From positions 1-61,604 of the forward strand of contig JAUCBJ010005395.1 in NCBI GenBank assembly GCA_032718475.1: DNA of 61,604 nt, read 5' to 3'. The translations under genes and the position numbers were made by a program. Of the stretch, positions 26,801-37,033 are shown piece after piece. The stretch's first letter is position 1, and each line of letters opens with the position of its first letter. A model generated the notes under the pieces. The model was not told where the DNA came from. It ran no database searches and worked only from the letters and a program-made list of their open reading frames with translations. This DNA comes from Nemertoderma westbladi (Eukaryota; Animalia; Xenacoelomorpha).

Positions 26801-29800
26801 CATAATGTGATATAGAACCAAAGAAATGTGTTCTTTAACAAAATTGACAGTTAGCACATCTTCTATAATATTTATAAAAAAATAGCAAAAACTAAAATAT
26901 GGTCAATGGGAACCCAAGGTGTATTAATGCCATTTACTTGCACTGTCGTACCCAATGCACTGCAATATTGTACCATAATTCTAAAATAAAATACTCACAA
27001 TATTTTTACTCTCGATATTTTTCAGGTCTCGACATTTTTCAATATAACCTACTGATTAGTTAGAGCTTGTTTTTCTATGTTTCCTGACACCAACCCCAAC
27101 CCCTTGTGAAATTTTTGAAATGTTTGAACAACAACATTGAAATGATTCAGTTAGTTTGTTGCATTTGTCTAAAATAATCAGTTTAAAAACTTTAAAACAG
27201 TTATTGTTCTTTTATAACAACCAGTATTTAATTTAACCAGTAGTTATATATTATAATTTTTAGTAAGTTCGATTTATTTATGCAATAATAATTGTAATAG
27301 TTAGTTATACAATATTTTGTAATATTATTAGTATTACAATATTTCCCCCCCACCCCTGTCTACTATAATAAATAATACATTGCAATTATCAATCCCCAAA
27401 TCTCCGTCTCCGACCGGAGCTGATATTGTAACCCAGAGAAACCTCCGAGCAACGGCTCCGGGTGAATTTTTAGCTCTGTTGCATCCCTACAGCACACAAA
27501 ATATGTTATTATTAAAAAATAAATCTGAGTTGGGCTGTAAATGTGTTGCAACTGTAATTAATGATTTAATATAATGGATTTTTGTTCAGAAATTGAAAAA
27601 TGAGGAAGCACGTCACCGGGGGTTGAACCAGCGCTATACGTAGGTTTCGGCCTATCAGGCCTTATCAGTCGCGCTAATAGGTTCAGCTGCCTGTTCAGTA
27701 AAAGTGGATTTAATAGAACGGCAAGGGTCAGGGGAGGGTGTCTGAACCTATTAGCGCTACATATAGCGCTGGTTCAACCCCCGGTGATGCGCTTTCTCAT
27801 TTTTTTCCTTTTCTGAACCAAACCATAATATTACATCATCAATAAATACGAATAGCGAACACCAATAAATCAGTCTGTACCAGTAGTGTTACAATTTACT
27901 ATCTATTTACTATATATACTTAGGATGGGATTTTTTAATATTAGGTTCAAACTATTACAAAATTTGAGAAAGTCCACCAAAAATTTTACGCAAATTTTTT
28001 TTCACTTTATTGTAATAAAAAATATTCATTTAAGCGGTTTGTAATCATTTCCGAATAAAAGTGTACAACATGCTTGTTGCAAAAAATGCAAAGTGCTTTA
28101 CAGTTTTCTGACTTCCGATTAACGTATCATTTACACGTTGTGGGGCATTGCACATATCAGGACGCGATTTCACAGAATTTCAACACTTAACATGGGAGCT
28201 TATATATCATTGTTTGATTTGTTCGCACGGTGACTCACCTGAGATACAACTAAACTGGCATCGACAATATATCGCCCTGTGTTTCCAAGACAACTATAAC
28301 CAAGATCCCCGTAATCGATATCATCATCAGCCTAAACAGAAAGTAAATTATATGTCCGCAGTTGGTACCGGTACTGAAATATAACGACTGTAACTTTAAT
28401 GCAAAGTTATTTCACCCCCATCCCCTTCCATAGTTATAGTAAGAACTGAGGTAGACTCATCTTAGTGATAGTAGCGACTCAGTAGACTCACCTTAGTGGC
28501 GACTCAGTTAAACCCACCTTAGTGATAGTAGCGACTCAGTTAGACTAACCTTAGTGATAGTAGCGACTCAGTTAGACTCACCTTAGTGGCGACTCAGTTA
28601 GCTCACCTTAGTGGCAACTCAGTTAAACTCACCTTAGTGATAGTAGCGACTCAGTTAGACTCACCTTAGTGATAGTAGCGACTCAGTTAGACTCATCTTA
28701 GTTGGCGACTCAGTTAGACTCGTCTTAGTGGCGACTCAGTTAGACTCCCCTTAGTTGGCGACTCAGTTAGACTCGCCTTAGTGGCGACTCAGTTAGACTC
28801 GCCTTAGTGGCGACTCAGTTAGACTCACCTTAGTGGCGACTCAGTTAGACTACCTTAGTGGCGACTCAGTTAGACTCACCTTAGTGATAGTGGCGACTCA
28901 GTTAGACTCACCTTAGTGGCGACTCAGTTATACTCACCTTAGTGGCGACTCAGTTAGACTCACCTTAGTGGCGACTCAGTTAGACTCACCTTAGTGGCGA
29001 CTCAGTTAGACTCGCCTTAGTGGCGACTCAGTTAGACTCACCTTAGTGACAGTACCGACTCAGTTAGACTCACCTTAGTGATGGTAGCAACTCAGTTAGA
29101 CTCACCTTAGTGGCGACTCAGCTAGACTCACCTTAGTGATAGTAGCGACTCAGTTAGACTCACCTTAGTGATAGTAGCGACTCAGTTAGGCTCACCTTAG
29201 TGGCGACTCAGTTAGACTCACATTAGTGATAGTAGCGACTCAGTTAGACTCACCTTAGTGGCGACTCAGCTAGACTCATCTTAGTGATAGTAGCGACTCA
29301 GTTAGACTCACCTTAGTGGCGACTCAGTTAGACTCACCTTAATAATAATAATAATAATAATAATATATATTTATTTATATAGCGCCAAATTTACATCATT
29401 TACGTACTCTAAAGCGCTGACAACACACACAGTAATTAATAGTTCGTGACTGCAATGGCAATAGTTTGAGGTAAAATCAACTAAATTAATGTAGTAATAA
29501 AAAACCAACAATAAATACATCATAAAATATAGTAAAAACAAACAATAAAAACGATCATCGCAGATATTCCAATCTTACGGGTTAAGTTAATTAGTAATTA
29601 ATGGCAATAGTTGTGAAATAAAATAGAGATAATAAAGATTGTATAGGTGAGTTTTTAGACGTTTCTTAAAAGTGCCCACATTCAATGACTCGCGTATGGC
29701 CGGAGGCAATGCGTTCCATACAGTTGGAGCAGCAACGGAGAACGATCGCCTACCATAATGTTCCGTATTGTAGCGAGGGGCCACGAGTAAACCCAGCCCG

Positions 29801-32800
29801 CTGGATCGCATCTCGCGGATGGGTATGTACGGAGTTAGTAAGTCGCTTAGATACTTCGGGGCACAGTTATTTACACATTTCCAAGTTAGCAAGGCAATTT
29901 TAAAGTCGATACGGCAAACTATAGGTAACCAGTGCAATGCTTTTGGGGTTGGAGTTATATGGTCCCTCTACCACATAGAAGTCGAGCCGCGGAGTTTTGA
30001 ACGTTTGTAGTTTCTGAATGGATTTTTTTGGCAGACCGTAGTAGAGAGAATTATTGGCGTCAACGTCAAGCTTTGATGTGGCAAGTAGTGTTGAGAACTG
30101 AATCAATTTTGACTAATTTCAGTTACAGTTTCAGTATTCAAAGTTTTGGATTTCAGTTATAGTTATAGTTTTAGTATTGCAAAGTGTAACATTTCAGTTA
30201 CAGTTGCAGTTTTGATCGTGATAAAATTCAGTTAAATACAGTTTCAGTTATAGATTCAATATGATCTCTCGTAGTAAGCAGTCATTGAATTAATGTAGTC
30301 TCATCGGGGCGGGGTGCAGTGTATCACTTGCCCAGAGAGTCACGAACGAATCACTTGCCAAATAAAAAAATATCTAAAACTAAAAATGAGTCACTTTAAT
30401 ATATTACTAATTTAAACTAAATAATAATAATGTTCATTACGAAACATCCACTTTACAGAGCTAATACAGTAGTAGTTGTAGGAAAGTTCTCTACGGTAAT
30501 ATTTTGTAACTAATATACTGATAGTATTGATATTGATGGAGATAGTATTGTATAATGAAAGTGGCGGTCACAAGATCAACTAAAGGCACCCACATTGTAC
30601 TGTCTGACTGTACATCTTGTTTCAGTGTTTGTACTGTTATCATTTATTGTTTTGGTTATAAAATCCATGCTTCTGAATCCTGCTTGATAAACTTGATAAA
30701 AATTTAATTTCCAGTGTGTCTCTAGTGTGATATCACCTGTGATATTAATAATTCCGGTAAAATTAATAATTAATAATGTAAAATATATAGGGTCAGAGTA
30801 AAACGCGGATCCGGATTCTATATTTAACATTGTCCCTACGGAAGTCGATCTTTTGAACATAACTCCCAAAAATAAAACGATAACCTGTTCTATTCACTTT
30901 AGTTTATTGTTTTGGTTAAAATAACGTGCCACTGTAACCTGCTCCTTTCCCTTAATTGATAATTTTGGAATCCGGATCCAGATCCGCGTTTTACACCTAC
31001 CAATCCGTTATATATCCCTCTACCATTAACTTTTCTTTGTTTATCTAAAACATTATATTTAATATGAAGCAGAGTGGTAATAAGGCTGATAATAGTCTAA
31101 TAGTTGAGACAGATAAACATATAGACTAATATGCTAGATCTTCTTTCACTACTTGACTCGCCAAATCAATCATAGTTGAGCTAAGTGTGCAATGGGTGTT
31201 TGTTTTTTATAACAATGTTTTAAAAATGATACCTATGTTAACCACTGTTATTCATTTATTAAACTATACTCTATACTATTACAATACTGTCTTAAATGCT
31301 CATTCATGTTAATTGTGTGGTTGAGAACGGAATCTATTTTTAGTAATTTCAGTTTCAGTTACAGTTACAGTATTCAAAATTTGTAATTACAGTTTCAGTT
31401 ACTGTTACAGTATTCGAAATTCGCAATTACAGTTACAGTTATAGTTACAGTATCAAAAAAAATCATGAAAATCATTCAGTTACAGTTGCAGTTACAGTAT
31501 AATTACAGTTACAGTTCTCAACACTAGTGACAAGTGCGTGTATTTAAGTATTTCCATGTTGTGTTTGTTGACATATCGCTTTATCTTTGAAAGATTCCTT
31601 AAATGGAAGAATGCCTCACGAACGGTGATTCCTATTTGCTTGCACATTGTAAGCTGAGAGTCTAATTCGAACCCGATATTGCGAACGTTTGGACTACACG
31701 ATATTATGTCGCTCCCTATGGTCAGTACTGGGGGATCCTGCTGGATGCCGAACCTGGACTGCAATAACATAACTTTTATCGGAATTCATTTTTAAGTAGT
31801 TTTTATCCATCCACTCCAGCACATCCACGAGGCAACTCTCAGTTACTTTTACAGCGCTGTTTAATTCAATTGGCTTGAAAATCAAATATAATTGGGTATC
31901 ATCCGCGTAGAAATGACAATGTAGACCATGCCGCTTTATTACAGCTGATAGTGAACGCGTGTATATCGTAAACAGAATCGGACCCAATACCGAACCCTGT
32001 GGTAGTCCATAGCGGAGGTGCTTTGCGATGGAATATGTATTCCCAATACGCACCTGTTGCGAGCGCTCCGATAGATATGATACGAACCATTTAAGGGCGA
32101 CGCCTTCAATGCCAATGTCGTTCAACCTTGTCGAATGCCGCGCTTAAATCAAGTGTGATAAACAAACAGACCGAACCATCGTCAATTCCACGAAGAACCG
32201 TATCAGCAACAGATAACAAGGCAGTTTCCGTACCGTGTAATGGGCGGTAGGCACTCTGGTAGGGTTCATGCAGACCGTTCAGATTCACGTGGTGCTTTAA
32301 CTGCTCTACCACCACCTTCTCCGTTAATTTGGAAATGTACAGTAAGTTCGAAACCGGTCTAAAGTGATTAAGTATTTCCGGGTCTAATCGCAATTTCTTT
32401 AGTATTGGTGTGAGAATTGCTTCTTTGAAATGCGAAGCCACAGTTCCAGTTCGTCAAGATAAATTAATTATCAATGTAATGACCATCAATAGTGGTTTTA
32501 AGGACATTTTTAGTATGCTGGTTGGAATCGGGTCACGTGGACTTGATTTTGACTTCGAGTCGCTTATCAGTTTTTCTACGCCATCGCTCGTTACATCACA
32601 AAATTTGTGAAGGACCGGCGCTGGAGGCGTCCCGGACGGTGAGGGAGGCACCCCGGACAGTGCGGGAGGCACCCCGGATGGCTTCCCGGACGGTGCGGGA
32701 GGCGTCCCGGACGGCGCCCCGTATGGCGCGGGAGGCACCCCGGACGGAGCGAGAGGCGCACCGGATGACGTGGGAGGCGTCCCGGTCGATGCGGGAGGCG

Positions 32801-35800
32801 TCCCGGATGGTGCGGGAGGCGTCCCGGACGGTGCGGGAGTTTAGTGATAGTGGCAACTCAGTTAGACTCACCATAGTGGCGACTCAGTTAGACTCACCTT
32901 AGTGATAGTAGCGACTCAGTTAGACTCACCTTAGTGGCAACTCAGTTAGACTCACCATAGTAGCAACTCAGTTAGACTCACCTTAGTGGCAACTCAGTTA
33001 GACTCACCATAGTGGCGACTCAGTTAGACTCACCTTAGTGATAGTGGCGACTCAGTTAGACTCATCTTAGTGATAGTAGCGACTCAGTTAGACTCACCTT
33101 AGTGGCGACTCAGTTAGACTCACCTTAGTGATAGTGGCAACTCAGTTAGACTCATCTTAGTGATAGTAGCGACTCAGTTAGACTCACCTTAGTGGCGACT
33201 TAGTTAGACTCACCTTAGTGATAGTGGAGACTCAGTTAGACTCATCTTAGTGATAGTAGCGATTCAGTTAGACTCACCTTAGTGGCGACTCAGTTAGACT
33301 CACCTTAGTGGCGACTCAGTTAGACTCACCTTAGTAGCGACTCAGTTAGACTCATCTTAGTGATAGTAGCGACTCAGTTAGAGTCATCTTAGTGGCGACT
33401 CAGTTAGACTCACCTTTGTGGCGACTCAGTTAGACTCACCTTAGTGGCGACTCAGTTAGACTCACCTTAGTGGCGACTCAGTTAGACTCACCTTAGTAGC
33501 GACTCAGTTAGACTCATCTTAGTGATAGTAGCGACTCAGTTAGAGTCATCTTAGTGGCGACTCAGTTAGACTCACCTTTGTGGCGACTCAGTTAGACTCA
33601 CTTTAGTAGCGACTCAGTTAGACTCATCTTAGTGATAGTAGCGACTCAGTTAGACTCACCTTAGTGATAGTAGCGACTCAGTTAGACTCATCTTAGTGAT
33701 AGTAATAGCCTCAGTTAGACTCACCTTAGTGGCGACTCAGTTAGACTCACTTTAGTGGCGACTCAGTTAGACTCACCTTAGTAGCGACTCAGTTAGACTC
33801 ATCTTAGTGATAGTAGCGACTCAGTTAGACTCACCTTAGTGGCGACTCAGTTAGACTCACCTTAGTGGCGACTCAGTTAGACTCACCTTAGTGGCGACTC
33901 AGTTAAACTCACTTTAGTAGCGATTCAGTTAGACTCATCTTAGTGATAGTAGCGACTCAGTTAGACTCACCTTAGTGATAGTAGCGACTCAGTTAGACTC
34001 ATCTTAGTGATAGTAATAGCCTCAGTTAGACTCCCCTTAGTGGCGACTCAGTTAGACTCACCTTAGTAATAGTAGCGCTACAGTTAGACTCACCTTAGTG
34101 GCGACTCAGTTAGACTAACCTTAGTGATATTAGAGACTCAGTTAGACTCACCTTAGTGGCGACTCAGTTAGACTCACCTTAGTGATAGTAGCGACTCAGT
34201 TAGACTCACCTTAGTGGCGACTCAGTTAGACTCACCTTAGTGATAGTGGCAACTCAGTTAGACTCATCTTAGTGGCGACTCAGTTAGACTCACCTTAGTG
34301 GCGACTCAGTTAGACTCACCTTAGTGATAGTGGCAACTCAGTTAGACTCATCTTAGTGATAGTAGCGACTCAGTTAGACTCACCTTAGTGGCGACTCAGT
34401 TAGACTCACCTTAGTGATAGTGGCAACTCAGTTAGACTCACCTTAGTGGCGACTCAATTAGACTCACCTTAGTGGCGACTCAGTCCTAGACTCACCTTAG
34501 TCACCGGGAACCGATTCAACTCTGGACCGGAAATGAAGCGATTATGAACCACCGGTTTCCTAATAAACTCAACATGAGATCCATCGAATGACGATGTATC
34601 TGAAGCAGGTTCGTCGACTTCATAAATGGTGTCTAGATGGACGCCGCCGTTCGCTTTACTGTACAGACCCACTTCCGACTCAGAATCACCACTGTCATCG
34701 TCCAAGGTCAATGAGCGGTGTTTAATTATTTGGTATTTACAGTCAATAAGAAGAAGCATCGCCTTAACGCTCAGGAATCCAACCATTGTCATTATAACTA
34801 CACCTTCGATAACTCCAGCTTCCTAGAAATATCAACAGAATGGTTAAAACAATTGCAAGAGATTAATATTATTAAGAGATAATATTAAGATATTAAGAAA
34901 TTAATATTGGTACTGGAATTAATATATTAGCCTAGTTAATAAGTTGGTTCGGATAATATTTTTGGGGCGTTCTTTCGACAGGAGTAGGACTATTAAACAG
35001 CTTCGTCCTGAGAAGAGTAGCTGAGCTGCTGAGATAAGGCATAAGGCAATGGGATATGATGTAGTGAGTATGACAGAGCCGAGTATTCGAATGACAAAAA
35101 CTCAAATGAAAGCAGCGCAAAATCGCGCAAAGGTAAGCGTCTAAGAACGCATGAACTGTCTCCTTGAATGGCTTACTACCAATTTTACAACAAAAATAAT
35201 TCACCGGAATGGTGGGATTGAACTCTACTGGGTGTACGCTACTGGGTCCGTACAAAGCCCTAATACCAAAACATATCTGGAAATTATTAACAACAACAAC
35301 CAACAAAGGAGTGAATACTAAAGGTCTCACTACACGGACCTAAAAAGCATGAAGATAATTTAAGTAAAGAAGAAATTTAATATCAAACTATATTACTATA
35401 TATAACTATTTACATCATTGTGTGCAAAGTAGCACTTTGCAGCGTTATGACCCGAGTTTATTTATGTACCGAGCGAGCGCAGCGAGGGAGATTTACATAA
35501 ATAAAAAAGGGTCTTTAACGCTGAAAAGTGACCTTGACAAGCAATGATGTATGTAATTTTCTTACATTATGTTAACTTATCAGCGTTCGGTATGTGAAGA
35601 AAGGATTTTATGGATACTCATTTATACCTTTTAATCATGTACTATATCGAATATAAGTGAAATTTATTAACAGGTACACAGTATTAATTATACATTTAAA
35701 TCTAATTAAAGTTTATTGGAAGTTATCTCCTGCATGGATGTGATAAATCTTTGATCTATCATCGACTGAAGCAAACTGAGTCACCGTCCCGTCTGTGTCC

Positions 35801-37033
35801 GTTCAGTTTTACTGAACACTGTCGCCATTTTCTATGGGGCCTGGTCATTTTCTCTAAAGTGATTCCATTGGACGTTTCGCCATAATTGATTACAGTACAA
35901 AGTACACGTTAAACAATTATTTACATACAGTAGCTAGTCCCGTCACTGCAAACTGGATAATAAAGCAGCACTCATTAACATAAATGGAAATAATACATTC
36001 TGGAATACGGTATTTGAAGTTGTTTCCATGTCATTGATTACTTTGTAGCGTTACGAGTAATTCACCAGAACGCTGTTAAGTTGACATAATATGGCTCATT
36101 CCTGTTTGGTGTTTGGGGGCCTCCATGTTTGAGGGCCTATGTATGTATGTATGTGTCGTGTCAAGACTGCATTGAATCATTTCCAATTGGCCTAACACTG
36201 TGTAGCGAATAGGCCTAAACTACTGTAGCTGTAGGCCTACTACAGCTGTACAGTGTTATTTGAAATATTTTAATGCAGTCACCATCAGACCATCTACTAC
36301 CAACTACTACAGTACTACTACCTGACTACACATCGTGCTGTCGTGTGTGAAGTGTGACATCAGACATAGTGCAGAAGTCTGGCTGTCTGGTAGTGGTGGA
36401 GTGGCCTTGGCCTCTCAGCCTCTGTGTGAGCCAAATTCAGAAATTCGAGCATTTCTAACCTAGCTGCTAGCTAAAACCCTAATCCATAATCAATTCCCTA
36501 AATCTGTAAATGCCAATGAGCGAGAAAAATGATAAATGAATTGTTGTGGGGTGAGTGACGGTTAGTTAAATATATAATGTAGATAGGACAATATGATAAT
36601 GCGTTGTACTTTCCTTTGAGTGATTAGTTGGCCTAAATATGATATCCCACTCCATAGTGAAATCTTCATCCGATCTGGTAGCTCAGTACACACACCCGGC
36701 TGATGATAACCGTAAGTTTGAAACCTAGGTACCGGGTTCGAGCCCCAACAGGGTCGGTTGATATTTTTCGCTATGGAGATCATTATCATATTGTCCTATC
36801 TACATTATATATTTGAGAAAAATGATAGGCCTATCAGCCTATAACATGTATACCCTAACTGTATAACAAATAAACTAGGCCTAAACTTTAATCAGTTAAT
36901 CTACCAACCAGCCAACCTTGAAAGCGTATGGCAATCCCAGCACTCCAGCTCCAATAAACGAGATAAATATGTTGCCGAATACTTTGATGACATTATCGGT
37001 ACCCCCTCCTTCTTTACTTGATCCGTGAGTCAT
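11600..37033 (-). CDS. Amino-acid transporter, Aa_trans family (SLC36/AVT3/ANT1-like), 9 exons, 1578 nt / 525 aa: join(36917-37033, 34496-34822, 28239-28331, 26004-26155, 25190-25314, 17295-17498, 17069-17199, 12490-12641, 11600-11876)
   Basis: All introns are GT-AG with matching phases (0,0,0,2,1,1,0,2). Family motifs GNIFISFIGAGVLGLPYAF, DYGDLG, SQVGFCCAYLLFI, GIAMYCYEGAGLIL, FFTYPVMMFP, LVGSTCCTLLAFILPGLFH. Confidence 0.92.
12490..12641 (-). CDS. Transporter exon 8
   Basis: TTATTCTAG|NILRFCLVLTSGAIILAIPSFSTLMALVGSTCCTLLAFILPGLFHMMLFK(G)|GTATGT. Confidence 0.9.
12833..17089. repeat. Minisatellite B, 40-bp unit, about 105 copies; unit = last 21 nt of exon 7 + splice donor + 5' intron
   Basis: Sense (minus) unit CCTCACCGTAAATACCAGGGG|GTAAGTATAACGGTGTCAC with GTAGGTTTAACTGT variants. 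The real exon end is CCTCACCGGAAATACCAGGGG|GTAAGT at 17069. Higher-order blocks are marked by the GGTGAGGCACGG variant at about 14392, 15265, 16261 and 16728. Confidence 0.95.
17069..17199 (-). CDS. Transporter exon 7
   Basis: CCTCTAG|(G)VFPLIVKSCLCFSLFFTYPVMMFPVAKLLETKFLPDPHRKYQG|GTAAGT. Confidence 0.9.
17295..17498 (-). CDS. Transporter exon 6
   Basis: TTTCCCAG|(G)IAMYCYEGAGLILSLESSV...IITLNLPS(G)|GTAAGA. Confidence 0.9.
17479..24095. repeat. Minisatellite C, mixed 43/33-bp units, roughly 160-170 copies; unit = branch point + pyrimidine tract + acceptor + start of exon 6
   Basis: Sense (minus) unit ACCTAACTCCATTACTTTCCCAG|GTATTGCTATGTATTGCTAC, identical to the real intron 5/exon 6 junction at 17498/17499. 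Confidence 0.95.
24160..24300 (+). mobile_element. tRNA-derived SINE-like head
   Basis: A-box TGGTGTAGTGG and B-box GGTTCAATCC at tRNA-like spacing; no intact cloverleaf. Confidence 0.45.
25190..25314 (-). CDS. Transporter exon 5
   Basis: ATTTAG|(S)IIADFANVFAYCIVFYFDFEHWGTVSLHPKAMKLTGLPFFL(G)|GTGAGT. Confidence 0.9.
25528..25953. mobile_element. MITE-like element with internal AGCTTTTTTT low-complexity repeats
   Basis: Imperfect inverted ends AGGCCCG...GCGCTGCTTTTTT and AAAAAAAGCCGCGCGGGCCT; AGC(T)n repeats at 25667-25830. Confidence 0.45.
26004..26155 (-). CDS. Transporter exon 4
   Basis: TTACAG|VGFCCAYLLFILENLSSY...LRQLGSLALF(S)|GTAGGT. Confidence 0.9.
26613..27057. mobile_element. MITE-like element with long imperfect inverted ends
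   Basis: AAATATCGAGAGTAAAAATAT near 26650 is mirrored by ATATTTTTACTCTCGATATTT near 27000; outer TCAGT.../...ACTGA ends. Confidence 0.55.
27555..27845. mobile_element. Inverted pair of family-1 tRNA-like/hammerhead elements in transporter intron 3
   Basis: 27555-27690 is a minus-strand copy. 27740-27845 is a plus-strand copy (TGAACCTATTAGCGCTA-CA-TATAGCGCTGGTTCAACCCCCGGTGA...CTCATTTTTT) lacking the hammerhead core. Confidence 0.75.
27630..27675 (-). ncRNA. Minimal hammerhead ribozyme motif, variant core (CUGAUAA)
   Basis: AGCGCGA-CTGATAA-GGCC(TGATA)GGCC-GAAA-CCTACG-TA-TAGCGCT. The G8A change and a stem I mismatch suggest reduced or no activity. Confidence 0.6.
28239..28331 (-). CDS. Transporter exon 3
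   Basis: CTGTTTAG|ADDDIDYGDLGYSCLGNTGRYIVDASLVVSQ|GTGAGT. Confidence 0.9.
28450..29340. repeat. Minisatellite D, distal part (26/32-bp donor-containing units, about 30 copies)
   Basis: TTAGACTCACCTTAGTG(ATAGTA)GCGACTCAG; same unit as 32841-34500, separated from it by the LINE insertion. Confidence 0.95.
30086..31526. mobile_element. Non-autonomous hAT-like DNA transposon nested in the LINE
   Basis: 15-bp perfect TIR TAGTGTTGAGAACTG / CAGTTCTCAACACTA; 8-bp TSD GTGGCAAG / GTGACAAG (one mismatch); removing it restores the LINE peptide HALVTSKLD; subterminal CAGTT(A/T) repeats. Confidence 0.88.
30791..31001. mobile_element. Small MITE nested within the hAT-like element
   Basis: Inverted GTAAAACGCGGATC (30798-30811) / GATCCGCGTTTTAC (30981-30994), with CCGGATTC/GAATCCGG subrepeats. 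Confidence 0.55.
32620..32840. repeat. GC-rich 21-bp tandem repeat (about 10 copies) at the 5' truncation point of the LINE
   Basis: GGAGGCGTCCCGGACGGTGCG units; on the minus strand they encode PPAPSGT-like repeats in frame with LINE ORF2 (KFCDVTSDGVEKLI...DPIPTSILK). Confidence 0.85.
32841..34500. repeat. Minisatellite D, proximal part (about 55-60 copies); unit spans the exon 2 splice donor
   Basis: Sense unit CTAAG|GTGAGTCTAACTGAGTCGC(TACTAT)CA; the real donor is ACTAAG|GTGAGTCTAGG at 34496/34495. Confidence 0.95.
34496..34822 (-). CDS. Transporter exon 2 (TM2 and long acidic loop)
   Basis: TTTCTAG|EAGVIEGVVIMTMVGFLSVKAMLLLIDCKY...NRFPVTK|GTGAGT. Confidence 0.9.
35411..35551. repeat. Imperfect 140-bp palindrome (probable DNA transposon remnant)
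   Basis: TACATCATTG...CAGCGTTA.GACCC...TTTATTTATGTA-[GAGCGAGCGCAGCGAG]-TACATAAATAAA...GGGTC.TTAACGCTG...CAATGATGTA. Confidence 0.6.
36536..36814. mobile_element. Family-2 tRNA-like/hammerhead element with inverted duplication of its tail
   Basis: Homologous to 50130-50371. 36568-36601 and 36781-36814 form a perfect 34-bp inverted repeat; the body 36606-36814 is on the plus strand. Confidence 0.8.
36694..36737 (+). ncRNA. Minimal type I hammerhead ribozyme between Pol III A and B boxes
   Basis: ACCCGG-CTGATGA-TAAC(CGTAA)GTTT-GAAA-CCTAGG-TA-CCGGGT: 6-bp stem I, canonical core, palindromic loop III, GUA site. A-box TAGCTCAGT at 36679, B-box GGTTCGAGCC at 36735, T5 at 36764. Confidence 0.8.
36917..37033 (-). 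CDS. Transporter exon 1
   Basis: MTHGSSKEGGGTDNVIKVFGNIFISFIGAGVLGLPYAFK|GTTGGC. Confidence 0.9.

Larger units (their letters stand above)
29341..32840 (-). mobile_element. 5'-truncated, frameshifted L2/CR1-group LINE inserted into minisatellite D
   Basis: RT motifs FRPVSNLLYISKL, QSAYRPLHGTETALL, LDLSAAFDKV, GLPQGSVLGPILFTIY, FYADDTQLY; C-terminal HWLPIVCRIDFKI and FKKRLKTHL; 3' end GGCGCTATATAAATAAA plus (TTA)n tail at 29341-29365. Confidence 0.92.

Noticed and set aside
27414-27461. Hammerhead-like CCGGAG-CTGATATTG...GAAAC...CTCCGG
   Set aside because: A closing stem is present, but the core lacks G8-A9, stem II is unconvincing and there is no NUH triplet before stem I.
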